Origin: an uncultured Paludibacter sp.
GTDB taxonomy: Bacteria; Bacteroidota; Bacteroidia; Bacteroidales; Paludibacteraceae
Direction of reading: 5' to 3'
Assembly: GCA_937927845.1 (NCBI GenBank)
Contig: CALFXE010000200.1
Span: 106,047-170,046, forward strand
Length of the DNA stretch: 64,000 bases
The position numbers and the translations under genes are program-made. Positions 30,022 to 40,012 of the stretch are shown here, in pieces; within the stretch, counting starts at the first letter, position 1; each line of letters starts with the position of its first letter. The notes below the pieces were generated by a model, which saw nothing but the letters and a program-made list of their open reading frames with translations, ran no database searches and was not told where the DNA came from.

Positions 30022-30558
30022 TTATTGGGTATTATCAATTACGATCACTTTATGAGAAGCTCGAAATTCATTTGTTATTATTCGCATGGGTTCTTCTCCC
30101 TTTTCATTCTTTTTTTCTAATTTTATATAGCCCTGATCATTTATAATACCATCTATATAGAATACTCCTGTTTCATTGAATTTTATGTCATAAAAAGGAA
30201 TAGTATTATTATCGATTGCCCCAAAAGTATCTTTAACTATTTTATGAAGATAGCTTTCATCATAATCAATACTTTTAGTCCTGGCCATTGCGAAAATAAT
30301 ATATCTATTATTCTTTTTATTTATATCATTATCTAAATCGGTCGTAATAGTATCTAATATATTTCTATAAATTATTTTTCCATTATAACTTTTCCCTTTA
30401 TAAATAGTATCTGGGAAATCTATTTTAAATTCAACCCCCTTGTTATAAAAAATAGTCTTTTTATTGATATTATTGGCTGGTTGGTTTTTCACGTCTTTGC
30501 AACCAATATATAATAATAAGATTATTATTGCTCCTAAAATTTTACCTGTTGTTCTCAT
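30022..30558 (-). CDS. Lipoprotein, candidate orphan immunity protein
   Basis: MRTTGKILGAIIILLLYIG-C lipobox-like signal. Confidence 0.65.
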   Translation of the reverse strand: MRTTGKILGAIIILLLYIGCKDVKNQPANNINKKTIFYNKGVEFKIDFPDTIYKGKSYNGKIIYRNILDTITTDLDNDINKKNNRYIIFAMARTKSIDYDESYLHKIVKDTFGAIDNNTIPFYDIKFNETGVFYIDGIINDQGYIKLEKKNEKGEEPMRIITNEFRASHKVIVIDNTQ

Positions 30559-30793
30559 TGTTTGTTTTTTCTTCTGCTTCTCTTTTTCTTTCTGCATTTC
30601 TTTCAAAAATCAATGGTATATCTACTTACTGCTAACGACAGAGTTTTTTACTTGAATAGTTATATTGTACTTCGTTTTGTTAGTATGTATCTCCTTGTAA
30701 TTAGTATTTGGCACTACACATTTTAATACTACAGCTAATTGATTACACGAGGATATTGGTTTTTTTAGAGTTGTAATTTGCTTCTCTTTATTG

Positions 30794-30814
30794 GCGCGGA
30801 TTACAAATCCGCGC
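30794..30814. repeat. GC-rich REP-like palindrome
   Basis: gcgcggatt-aca-aatccgcgc perfect 9-bp stem in a very AT-rich context. Confidence 0.55.
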
Positions 30815-31167
30815 TATCGGGGTTTATTTTTATTCAAAACTTCTTCATCCAATTTACCAGCAATTACCGCTTTCTCAAGGTCTCCAATTGTAAGTTCTTT
30901 ATAGCCTTTATTTTTTTTAGGGAACAATTGAGCTATAACTGGTGGCAGATTTATTCCTCCTTCGGCACGGAAATAATCTGCTGCCATAAAATTTGAAACA
31001 TTTACACTAAATTCCTTTCCAAACTTAACTATGAATTCGACAGCATCATCACCGTAAATAAGTAAATCTTCTTGTATTGAAGTATCACGTGTCAAGGGAA
31101 AATCATATTCCCAGCGTTCTCTAATTATGAATTGCTTAATATTTTCAAAAATTCCAGTCTTACTCAT
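30814..31167 (-). CDS. DUF1493-like (acyl-carrier-like) small protein
   Basis: T.I.EDL.I.GDDA.EFI..F...F.V.V..F....YF..EG and LTIGDLEKAVIAGKL pattern. Confidence 0.7.
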   Translation of the reverse strand: MSKTGIFENIKQFIIRERWEYDFPLTRDTSIQEDLLIYGDDAVEFIVKFGKEFSVNVSNFMAADYFRAEGGINLPPVIAQLFPKKNKGYKELTIGDLEKAVIAGKLDEEVLNKNKPR

Positions 31168-31512
31168 CAGATTTCAATTTTTCTAATTTACAATCAGTTT
31201 GGGAATCTTCTTGTTCTTTAATACTCTTATTGTGTACCAATACCTTACTCTTTGTCACAAAATAATTATGATTGCCATCAACTGCCATATTATATACAAT
31301 TACTTTCTTAGCTAATCGTCGAATATTTTTTATTTCCAGTTTCCCATCGGGTTATCCATTGCATAAGTGTAAGGAGACCATTTGCGCCCTTGTTCTGCTA
31401 ACGGATCAATATTCATCCATCTGCCAATAGCCGCATCACAATTACGCGCTCCATAATCATATAAATTTAATCCTAATTCATCCTGTAATTCCTTTCCGTT
31501 AAATTTATACTG
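31160..31512 (-). pseudogene. Orphan RHS core fragment joined out of frame to a HINT-domain C-terminus
   Basis: ~31350-31512 encodes [55 protein letters not shown], a near copy of ~33823-33986; another frame continues ...VYNMAVDGNHNYFVTKSKVLVHN... to a stop at 31160. Confidence 0.8.
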
Positions 31513-31608
31513 TATTATAAGTTAACAGAACATATTTTAATACTGTAGCTCATTGAATGCACTGTCTATAAATTATGTTTTTTAATTACAGTATCAATGG
31601 TAGACTTA

Positions 31609-31878
31609 TCATAAAAGCAAACAGGATCTTCCAACCGAAAGCAAACGTTCTGATTTGACATTACTTTTTAAAGCCCATAGTATCCAAAATTTTATACTAT
31701 AATGCCAATAAATCCATCCTATTACAACACCAACAATAACCCCTTCTCTAAATGTTAAATTAAAAATAGAAGAACTAATGTAGGCTATACAGAAGATAAT
31801 TAATAATAAAGGAATATTAATCCATAAATAACCAATCAATATTAACCTTAATGTACTTATGTTTTCAATATTTTTCAT
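31609..31878 (-). CDS. Small membrane protein, candidate immunity protein, possibly C-terminally truncated
   Basis: Two TM segments; located in the array. Confidence 0.55.
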   Translation of the reverse strand: MKNIENISTLRLILIGYLWINIPLLLIIFCIAYISSSIFNLTFREGVIVGVVIGWIYWHYSIKFWILWALKSNVKSERLLSVGRSCLLL

Positions 31879-31978
31879 GTTTTTAGCTGTTTAAATATCC
31901 AATCTAAGAGGATGTTCTTTTGTCCTCTTAGATAGATATTTTAAATTAGGATTATTTTTATTTATTCGTTAAGATTTA

Positions 31979-32455
31979 TTATTCTATAGAATTGAATAAT
32001 TCTATATCCTCGGCCAGCCAAACACAGGGTACTCCATTATAATAGTCTCTAATCCGATCTTCAACATGATGGGCTTCCCAAACAGCTGCTCTTTCTAACC
32101 CTTTAATATGTTTTTTGGTTGTAGGCGTTATTTCACCGGTATTGGGATCATACAATTCAAAATTTTCAGGATTTAAAGCATCTTGTATAAACTTCATAGG
32201 TTGCTTTCTAATTTCTTCTCTTATATTAAGTTTTCCAACTTTTAACCATCGACCTTGTGTTATTACATCATTATACACAGCAACAATAAATAAAATTTTC
32301 TTATTTTCAAGAACACTAAATTCTTTCAATGGCACTTCAGTTCTATAGTCAAAAAAGGCATAACCTGCATTTTCTAATATTTGTGCATAAGTATAATATT
32401 TATTTTCAATATTTATTTCAAGTATTGCTCCTTTAGTAATTTGTTGTTTTTTCAT
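31979..32455 (-). CDS. Imm26-like immunity protein
   Basis: G.ILEI......Y.YAQ N-terminus, GRWLKVG, GLERAAVWEAHHVEDRIRDYY. Confidence 0.75.
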   Translation of the reverse strand: MKKQQITKGAILEINIENKYYTYAQILENAGYAFFDYRTEVPLKEFSVLENKKILFIVAVYNDVITQGRWLKVGKLNIREEIRKQPMKFIQDALNPENFELYDPNTGEITPTTKKHIKGLERAAVWEAHHVEDRIRDYYNGVPCVWLAEDIELFNSIE

Positions 32456-32629
32456 ATTTAACCTCCAAACTTTTTTAATGAACTATTTTTGTTTGATAAC
32501 CGGCTGATTATCATTGGTGTTTGTAGGTGGAATTAACAGAAAATTTAAAGCACGTTAAAACTCCACTTTATTTTTAAAAGCTATAATATCACTACTGTAA
32601 CTTTTTTAGTTATGGCTTAGGGGCTTAAA

Positions 32630-33217
32630 TTATTTCTCTTTTAGAAGTAGATTAGGTTTTTCTAAATTGATATACATGTAATTTTTTAATATGCGTACCG
32701 ATTCTTCTCCATTTATTATTGAATCACTATGCAAAAAAACAATATCCTCAATAACACCATACTTTGGTTTTTCTCTCTCAAAACATATAGAATTCTTTTT
32801 AAATAGGAATTCTTTCAGTTGAAGCTTATCATAATTTGAAAAATCTCTTAATAGTGAATCAGAGGTTTTGAAAATGATAAATCTTTTTTTTCCAAACTCT
32901 AAATTTAATGTATCTAAATAAGAGTGGTATATCAAACAATTTTCATCCTTAAGCTCATAATATTGACTGGCTTTATCAATTCTATCATTTTTATCAAAAA
33001 TTATTACTTGATTCAAATATGAGGATGAATTTTTTAAATTTACAAACTCTTCAACTCTTCTTGTTGAATCATTAGAACTTACATTTTTTTTAGAATCTTT
33101 AATATCTGTTTTACATGAAATCATAACTGAAAACATTGTTATGATTAATATAGGTTGTAATACGTTTATATAACTTTTATGGTTTTCTTTTTTGTGCAGC
33201 TTCACTATCATCTTCAA
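32630..33217 (-). CDS. Lipoprotein, probable cognate immunity protein of the RHS toxin (start uncertain)
   Basis: Directly downstream of and overlapping the toxin stop; hydrophobic stretch plus MIS-C lipobox. Confidence 0.65.
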   Translation of the reverse strand: MKMIVKLHKKENHKSYINVLQPILIITMFSVMISCKTDIKDSKKNVSSNDSTRRVEEFVNLKNSSSYLNQVIIFDKNDRIDKASQYYELKDENCLIYHSYLDTLNLEFGKKRFIIFKTSDSLLRDFSNYDKLQLKEFLFKKNSICFEREKPKYGVIEDIVFLHSDSIINGEESVRILKNYMYINLEKPNLLLKEK

Positions 33218-36200
33218 ATTGTTTTTGTAGTTTATTGTATATATTTAATGCTTTACTCTTAGGTACTGTGGTGTCATTTAGTTTATAATCTGCCTGAGGT
33301 TTATTGTTTGGCCCATATGAAGTAGTCGTTCCTGTTGCTTTACGATAACTAAATGTTTCCATTTTTTCCTCAGTATTTGTACTATTCTGCATTGTACTAA
33401 CATCATTCTTTTTTGCAGAAGAATTACTGCTTGCTTCTGTTGGCACTATTGGTGTTTCTCCTTTTGCCCCTTCAGGACCATGAATGTTTGTTAATTCCAT
33501 AATAACATCAACATTAACTTGTTTAGTATCTCTATTACCCTGTTCTTTTTTAACAAGACCATTTTGAGCGTTGTCCTTATCCTTAACCTTAAAATCAAAA
33601 CCGAAACCTCCAGAAGATTTATCAGAAGAAGACCCCACACTAAATGTTTCTTTTATCGAATTTCTTGTGTTTTCCATTTTTTGATTTACATAACCTTTAG
33701 CCATATTTACAACTTTGCTAATTTTGTTTCCCACATAACTACTAACTGCCTGTTTCGCTCTTGCAATATAATTACTAATAGGGTTATCTGGCCACATTCC
33801 ATCTGGATCAATAAAATAAACGGGGTTATCCATTGCATAAGTATAAGGAGACCATCTGCGCCCTTGTTCTGCTAATGGATCAATATTCATCCATCTTCCA
33901 ATCGTAGGGTCATAATTCCTTGCACCATAGTCATAGACATTAAGACCTAATTCATCCTGTAATTCCTTTCCGTTAAATTTATACTGATAAGGATTAGGCA
34001 TACTATTTAGCTGTTCTAAAACAGGAGCGTTATAACCCGGTGACCCGTCCATTGGCATGCTGAACAAATACTCCTGTGTATTATAAGCCTTATGTTTTAA
34101 TCCAAACGGATAATAATGACTTTCCTCCATGATCTTTACACGGTCAATCACCTTGTCATAGGCCCAGCTTACCCGTGTATTGCCCAAATGGTCAGTATAA
34201 TTAAAGACATAGTTAAAGTGAATATCATCAGTAACCTTAACATAGCCTTCTGCATGCGGGAAAAAAGCCAATTTACTGCTAATATACTGAAATCCGTCTA
34301 AATAATCGGTTTTGCTGACATCGCTGCCGTCAGTCACTTTTTTCTGTACCTTAACCCCGGCAGCACTGTAAAGATAATTGATTTTATTTCCGCCGGAAAA
34401 CGTTATTTCCATTGGTAAGTTCAGATGATTATAAAGAACATTCGTAATCTTTTTATTTTCATCTTGAATCATATTCCCGTTAGCATCATAGGCATAATCA
34501 TTATATGTATTATTGTATCCATTGTCTTTAAATCCTTCCGGATTATTGGTCGTATCGTTTACACGCATCAAACGGTTACCGTTATAAGTATAGGCTAAAT
34601 CATCGATATCGATCGTAATATTGGGATGATCCAAATTACCGGTACGTTTTAATTTTGTTATATTACCATTTTTATCATAACTGACGGATTCATCATAAGA
34701 GTTCGATATTGGTTCATTCGATAATGGTTTTTGATAATAAGCTCCCAATAAGCGGTTTAAATTATCATAGCGATAACCATATTTTCGTAGAATGTTGTCA
34801 CTGGTTGTCTTCCAGAAAGTTTCAGAAATATTCCCGTTATAAAGAGGTTTTACCTGACCATAGACACTTGCTGTACCATAATACACAGTGCCATCTTCGT
34901 CTGTTTCGGTTACCTGATTATAATTGATTTTATAACCAAATAAATCGGTCTCTTCCATTCGCAGTACCGGATCTCCCACAGGACTGATGTTATTGATATC
35001 GGTCAGCCAGCCACGAACATTGTAACGGTAATCGACTTTTTGATATCCTATAGCTCCTGTTGCATCCGGACCTCCTATATTCTTAGAAATTAACAACCCT
35101 AATTCATCATAAGTGTTTTTAGTAATTAACTCTTCAGGACCACCATTAATTTGCTGTTTGTGTAATAGTAACCGATCCTGATTTGTATAAGTGTAAGTAT
35201 CTGTGATTAGAATCTCAGTATTAGTATTACTCCTTTTATGAGTGGTTTTACTATACTCTGTTTTACCTGTGAAATCAACTTTTTTATCAATTTGAGTATA
35301 ACCACCGAAATGATTGTTAATACGATTTCGAATTGACCTTTCTTTTTTATCATAAAAATCATAGGTAAGCTGGTTGTTGGTCTCATTCGTTGAGGTCAAA
35401 ATCCTGTTCCAGGTTCCTGTTATATGCCCCTTAACATTTTGTTGTACCGACTGTCCTTCTATTTGCTGCGGAACTACAGGTGCATTCGGATAGGTATAGT
35501 TATCATAATAATTAATACTTAATATATGGTATGAACCTGTAGGGAAAACAGTATTGGTATAAGCTATAGACACATTGTTGATGACACCTGTACCTGTTTT
35601 ATTTTCATTTAATACCGTTGCAGCATTATGGATGTCTTGCACTGCTTTTCTACCTGTAGTATTAGCCGGATGACCGGTGTACCAACCGGTGTAGATATTC
35701 TTATTGTAAGCATCATATTTATTTATGATCCATCCTTCTGTATTATTATTTGTAAATGGAGAAAAAACAGGCCCTGTAGCTACAATCCGGTCCAATTTGT
35801 CATATATAATGAATTCCCATTGTTTTCCCGGTATTTTTTTCTCTACAAGCCTGTTGTTTTTATCATGTTTATACTGATAACACAAATCATTTAATTGCGT
35901 TAACGGGGCAGTCGCTAACGGGGGGATAACGTAGGTCAGGTTACCGTAAATATCGTACACATAATAAGTGTCATGTGCTCCGTTATTGTACGATCGTTTT
36001 AAAATTATCCTGTCTTCTTTGTCTTTATACTCTTCTGTTGTATTATTAGTGCCAGATATCCAGTTTTCATTTTTTATAACCTTCTTATAAAGTTGACCGG
36101 GGGAATACGTACCGCTTTGAACCAGATTAATATCATAAAGACCTTTAGCATTATCCCATGTTGTTACTGCTTTGAAAAAAATTACAGCATCAGTACTTTT

Positions 36201-36713
36201 ATTAAAAAAGTAACTATTTCGTATCTCATGTCCGGTGCCGACTGCCCAGGTGTTACCCGAAGCCGACTGTACGATAACCTTATCTAAAGAAGATTCCTCA
36301 TATACCTTTTCGCTATAGGGATAGGCAGTCGTTTCGAAATAAGGATTACCTGTTGCCGAAGACAGTACGTTGTAATAATTATGGGTGTCATTCTTTGCTG
36401 AAGTAATGAAATTTAAAGAAGGAGTTTGATTGACATAAGATAAATATTCTTTTGATTGTCTGAAAAATGCATCATACTCAATATGGGTAATAATATCGTT
36501 TCCTGAGGCCGACTGTTTGTGGCTAATTTGCTGTATTGGTCTGCCAAGTCCATCAATATAACTAAGGTCAATTTTTGCCTGACTCAAAGCAGGTGTAGCG
36601 ATTCCGTTTAAAACCGGAACTTTATAACGGGTTGTTTTTATCCAATTTTTATCAGGACTCTGCCCAAAAATAAGAATCGGAAACAATAATAAATAGTAAA
36701 ATATCTTTTTCAT
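33177..36713 (-). CDS. DUF6443-type RHS repeat-associated core protein with variable C-terminal toxin
   Basis: Signal peptide MKKIFYYLLLFPILIFG; YIDGLGRPIQ; YD repeats; DHLGNTR, YYPFG, YKFNGKE, DYGARNYD, PVYFIDPDGM autoproteolysis motif. Confidence 0.92.
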   Translation of the reverse strand: MKKIFYYLLLFPILIFGQSPDKNWIKTTRYKVPVLNGIATPALSQAKIDLSYIDGLGRPIQQISHKQSASGNDIITHIEYDAFFRQSKEYLSYVNQTPSLNFITSAKNDTHNYYNVLSSATGNPYFETTAYPYSEKVYEESSLDKVIVQSASGNTWAVGTGHEIRNSYFFNKSTDAVIFFKAVTTWDNAKGLYDINLVQSGTYSPGQLYKKVIKNENWISGTNNTTEEYKDKEDRIILKRSYNNGAHDTYYVYDIYGNLTYVIPPLATAPLTQLNDLCYQYKHDKNNRLVEKKIPGKQWEFIIYDKLDRIVATGPVFSPFTNNNTEGWIINKYDAYNKNIYTGWYTGHPANTTGRKAVQDIHNAATVLNENKTGTGVINNVSIAYTNTVFPTGSYHILSINYYDNYTYPNAPVVPQQIEGQSVQQNVKGHITGTWNRILTSTNETNNQLTYDFYDKKERSIRNRINNHFGGYTQIDKKVDFTGKTEYSKTTHKRSNTNTEILITDTYTYTNQDRLLLHKQQINGGPEELITKNTYDELGLLISKNIGGPDATGAIGYQKVDYRYNVRGWLTDINNISPVGDPVLRMEETDLFGYKINYNQVTETDEDGTVYYGTASVYGQVKPLYNGNISETFWKTTSDNILRKYGYRYDNLNRLLGAYYQKPLSNEPISNSYDESVSYDKNGNITKLKRTGNLDHPNITIDIDDLAYTYNGNRLMRVNDTTNNPEGFKDNGYNNTYNDYAYDANGNMIQDENKKITNVLYNHLNLPMEITFSGGNKINYLYSAAGVKVQKKVTDGSDVSKTDYLDGFQYISSKLAFFPHAEGYVKVTDDIHFNYVFNYTDHLGNTRVSWAYDKVIDRVKIMEESHYYPFGLKHKAYNTQEYLFSMPMDGSPGYNAPVLEQLNSMPNPYQYKFNGKELQDELGLNVYDYGARNYDPTIGRWMNIDPLAEQGRRWSPYTYAMDNPVYFIDPDGMWPDNPISNYIARAKQAVSSYVGNKISKVVNMAKGYVNQKMENTRNSIKETFSVGSSSDKSSGGFGFDFKVKDKDNAQNGLVKKEQGNRDTKQVNVDVIMELTNIHGPEGAKGETPIVPTEASSNSSAKKNDVSTMQNSTNTEEKMETFSYRKATGTTTSYGPNNKPQADYKLNDTTVPKSKALNIYNKLQKQFEDDSEAAQKRKP

Positions 36714-36714
36714 A

Positions 36715-39700
36715 TTAATTCTTATAATGGTATTCATTTTCTTTTAAAATATACTTATCATCGTCTTTGGTGTTTTTTAACCTGCCATAAGGATCATATT
36801 CATAATAGGTAGTGTTACCTTTGGGATCGGTTATAGAACTCACACCAATTAAAGGCTTATGGGTATAGGTTGTTACCATACCATTTGGTAATGAATTTCT
36901 AAGATTATTCAAAGCAATAATTAAGTTTGCTTCTGTATCACTATTTGATTTAGATTGCAAATTGTTTATTGTAGTAAGCGGAATATCAGTATATGCTGCA
37001 TTTTCAATTTTTGCAATCAACAATGTTTTATTGTATCCCCATATATAAGAGATTTTAGCTCCGTTTTGCTGTTGTGCTTCCAAATAGTTCCCGTTAGAGG
37101 TGTCTACCAAATTGTATATAATCTTATCTTCCAGATTATTCGCAGCTTTTGCTGTTTGTACAATACACGGAAGAATAATGTTATTTCCCCAGTTTTTATA
37201 TAATGCCCGTTTGGTAAAAATCAATTGGTTGTTTTTAAAGGTATTGATCTGCACGGGTGTATTGATGTTATTTTTCTGTTTTAATGCGATAAAAGCATTA
37301 AACGGCGCTGTGGCCAACGATCCGTTTGGTAAACTATTAATGGTTGTGATATCATCCGGATAGTACACATTTGTCATTTTAGTTTCACCAATACCATTAT
37401 CTATATTTTCCAAAGACGATTTAATTAAACCTCTGTTGTTATAAGTATATTTTATCCCTTTCCTGAGTTCATCACCTTCTGAATATTCTTTTATAGTTTC
37501 TGAAGCTAACAGGTAATTACTTATTTTATACTTCTTCTTTACGGCAAAAAGTACTCCGATGTTATTTTCATTTTGCACACGCCATGGATGTGTAATTGGC
37601 TGATAAAATGATTTTTCATTATAGACCACATCATTATATGTATTTACCGTTTTCTTGACCAGAAGATTGCTCTGATTGAAAATATTTTCTTCCAATAATT
37701 TTCCTCTTTTATAAGAATTATCAGTAAAAATATTTCCTCCCATACCGCTATTGGCTTTAATAAAAGGACTCATACAAATATTGGTTGTAGCCAGATAGAT
37801 TTCACAGATGCTTACAGGCAGATCGTATGGATCGGCTTTAAAAATTTTATTTTTAAAATTATTGGTCTCGCTTGATGTATAAAAAAATTCTTTGTATCCA
37901 TTGCCAGTTTCTCTTTCAATAACTCTCGAATATCCTACAAAAGCACCCGAAGTGATATCTTCTGCCAGGTTACTCTTATCTAATAGTTTCCATTCATTAG
38001 TGTCATAAACCACATTTCCAATAGTTGTTATTGTAGCGGGGATGTCTTCATCAAGTCCTTGATTGGTTTGATACTGTACATTAAAAGCCTTTACCAAAGG
38101 ATGTCCAAAAAATGGAAAATTGTCGAGATTTCCTGAGCTCAGTTGATTATCTTTTTTATACTCATATTCCAAGTATCTGCTATTCCCTGAACCATCGTTT
38201 AAAATTTGTTTTTTTATCCTTATTCCTCCACCTTTAATATCAATACCATTAATATTAAAAGTATTCGATTCATATTCGAATTCTGAAAAACCTCCTGTTG
38301 GATATTCAACTTTTTTAAGCGACCATGCTTTAGAGAATTCATTTGCCTCTCTATTAAAATAGCCATTTATAGTAGCATTTGGAATATTAGGTATCAGGAA
38401 AGGTAAAAGCGATTGCTCTTCTTTATTCGGATAATAATATAATTTAGGATTAGGCGTAAGGCTTAATAGCGTTGGTATATTTGAAACGTCAGCAGAATTA
38501 TTATAATACCCGAGAAAATCAACTGAAAAGGAGTTAATTGGCGGTAATTTTATGTCTTCAATATAAGTAAAAGTGTATGGTTTTTTTCCAGATTCTTCAA
38601 TACTTGACAGTTTTAGCCTTTTGTAACGGTAAGGGTTATATTCATTATCTGGATTAAACTCTCCTACATTATAACTGGAATTAAAATAATCATACTTGAA
38701 AGCTACTGTTTTAATAATTTCGTTTTTGAAATTTTTAACGGTCATCTGTGTTAAAAAATCACCATTATAAATATCTTCCCGAGTATTCCCAATCCCCGAA
38801 TTTGCACCTTCATTATTGTTATACTTAAAAGTGATTTCTCCTTTATCAAAAACAATTCTGCTTAATCGTTTTTTTTGAACATCAACTCTACTATCACTAT
38901 TTAGTGTATAGTCTACGATACTTGATCCTCCTCCTGTCCAATAACGGGTACAATTGTTAACCGTAAGTGCATCAGAATAAGGTATTCTGAAATAGTTAAA
39001 AAAGCGCTGGGTTCTTTTTATAGTATTCTCATAAAGAATATTTTCGTTGAAAGGATTGGAATGAGTGGTATCATAATAAAATTGGACTTTCTTACCTGTA
39101 TTGGTATCCTCTATTTTTGTAATATGCCAAGCAGAAATCTGGGCTGGATATTGATTTATAAAACCTCCGGGTGTAAAAGAGTACTCTCCCAGAAAGCCTG
39201 TTGCAAAAAAAGTCGCAGATAAATCGAAATCACTGAATGTATATTTAATTCCATCCGGTGTGGTAACTATTATTGTAAAAAAATCCTGAGTTGGAAATTC
39301 ATATAAATAGATGTTACCATTAGGATAATTTTTACCGTAAAAATTGGTGTTGAATAAAGCTTTTCCTTTAACTGCCGAGATTATTGTTCCCTTTGGCGCT
39401 AACTCCACAGGTGTATTTATATCCTGAAATATAAAACTAGTACTGTAATTATTGGAATGGAAGTTATAAGTATCAGGTAAAAAATCAACCTTTCTTCGAT
39501 CAAAAGTCATCTCACTGTTAGTTTTCTGAATCAAAAAGTGACCTAAATTGCCTCTTACTGAACTTGCACTACCAACATTAAAATTTTTATTCTGTTCTAC
39601 CGCATCTGTGAATACATAATCTGTGTCAATCTGATTAAAACCAATGCTGTTAAAATCATTGGCTTGATTTACAATTCTGGTGATTACCGTTTTTGATAAA

Positions 39701-39999
39701 TTCCACCCGAGTCCAACATCAGAAGCAGACTGATCAACTTTAATACCTCCCGAATCATAAGATAGGGTTATCGGGTAGTTAATATTTCCCGTTTCAATAT
39801 TATAGAGTGGTATTGATATATCTGCTTTGCCAACATAATGGTTTACTTTTTTTAAATTATGCTTTTCAAAACTAAAAACATCAGGATTGGAGATTGTAGC
39901 ATAATTAAGTTTATCATTAATATCTTTTACAGTTTGTGAACGTAAACTGCAGACTACAAGTAGTAATATAACCACTTGGACTATTATATGTTTTTTCAT
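36715..39999 (-). CDS. Secreted YD-repeat protein with SpvB/TcB-like N-terminus, no RHS core or toxin
   Basis: Signal peptide; GKADISIPLY..YPITLSYDSGG..VGLGWNL; YPTGG; GGIRIKK; C-terminal GVSSITDPKGNTTYYEYDPYGRL. Confidence 0.85.
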   Translation of the reverse strand: MKKHIIVQVVILLLVVCSLRSQTVKDINDKLNYATISNPDVFSFEKHNLKKVNHYVGKADISIPLYNIETGNINYPITLSYDSGGIKVDQSASDVGLGWNLSKTVITRIVNQANDFNSIGFNQIDTDYVFTDAVEQNKNFNVGSASSVRGNLGHFLIQKTNSEMTFDRRKVDFLPDTYNFHSNNYSTSFIFQDINTPVELAPKGTIISAVKGKALFNTNFYGKNYPNGNIYLYEFPTQDFFTIIVTTPDGIKYTFSDFDLSATFFATGFLGEYSFTPGGFINQYPAQISAWHITKIEDTNTGKKVQFYYDTTHSNPFNENILYENTIKRTQRFFNYFRIPYSDALTVNNCTRYWTGGGSSIVDYTLNSDSRVDVQKKRLSRIVFDKGEITFKYNNNEGANSGIGNTREDIYNGDFLTQMTVKNFKNEIIKTVAFKYDYFNSSYNVGEFNPDNEYNPYRYKRLKLSSIEESGKKPYTFTYIEDIKLPPINSFSVDFLGYYNNSADVSNIPTLLSLTPNPKLYYYPNKEEQSLLPFLIPNIPNATINGYFNREANEFSKAWSLKKVEYPTGGFSEFEYESNTFNINGIDIKGGGIRIKKQILNDGSGNSRYLEYEYKKDNQLSSGNLDNFPFFGHPLVKAFNVQYQTNQGLDEDIPATITTIGNVVYDTNEWKLLDKSNLAEDITSGAFVGYSRVIERETGNGYKEFFYTSSETNNFKNKIFKADPYDLPVSICEIYLATTNICMSPFIKANSGMGGNIFTDNSYKRGKLLEENIFNQSNLLVKKTVNTYNDVVYNEKSFYQPITHPWRVQNENNIGVLFAVKKKYKISNYLLASETIKEYSEGDELRKGIKYTYNNRGLIKSSLENIDNGIGETKMTNVYYPDDITTINSLPNGSLATAPFNAFIALKQKNNINTPVQINTFKNNQLIFTKRALYKNWGNNIILPCIVQTAKAANNLEDKIIYNLVDTSNGNYLEAQQQNGAKISYIWGYNKTLLIAKIENAAYTDIPLTTINNLQSKSNSDTEANLIIALNNLRNSLPNGMVTTYTHKPLIGVSSITDPKGNTTYYEYDPYGRLKNTKDDDKYILKENEYHYKN

Positions 40000-40012
40000 A
40001 ATTATCTATTTA

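Noticed and set aside
33177-39999. Type VI secretion effector locus
   Set aside because: No PAAR, VgrG or Hcp; both large proteins have Sec signal peptides
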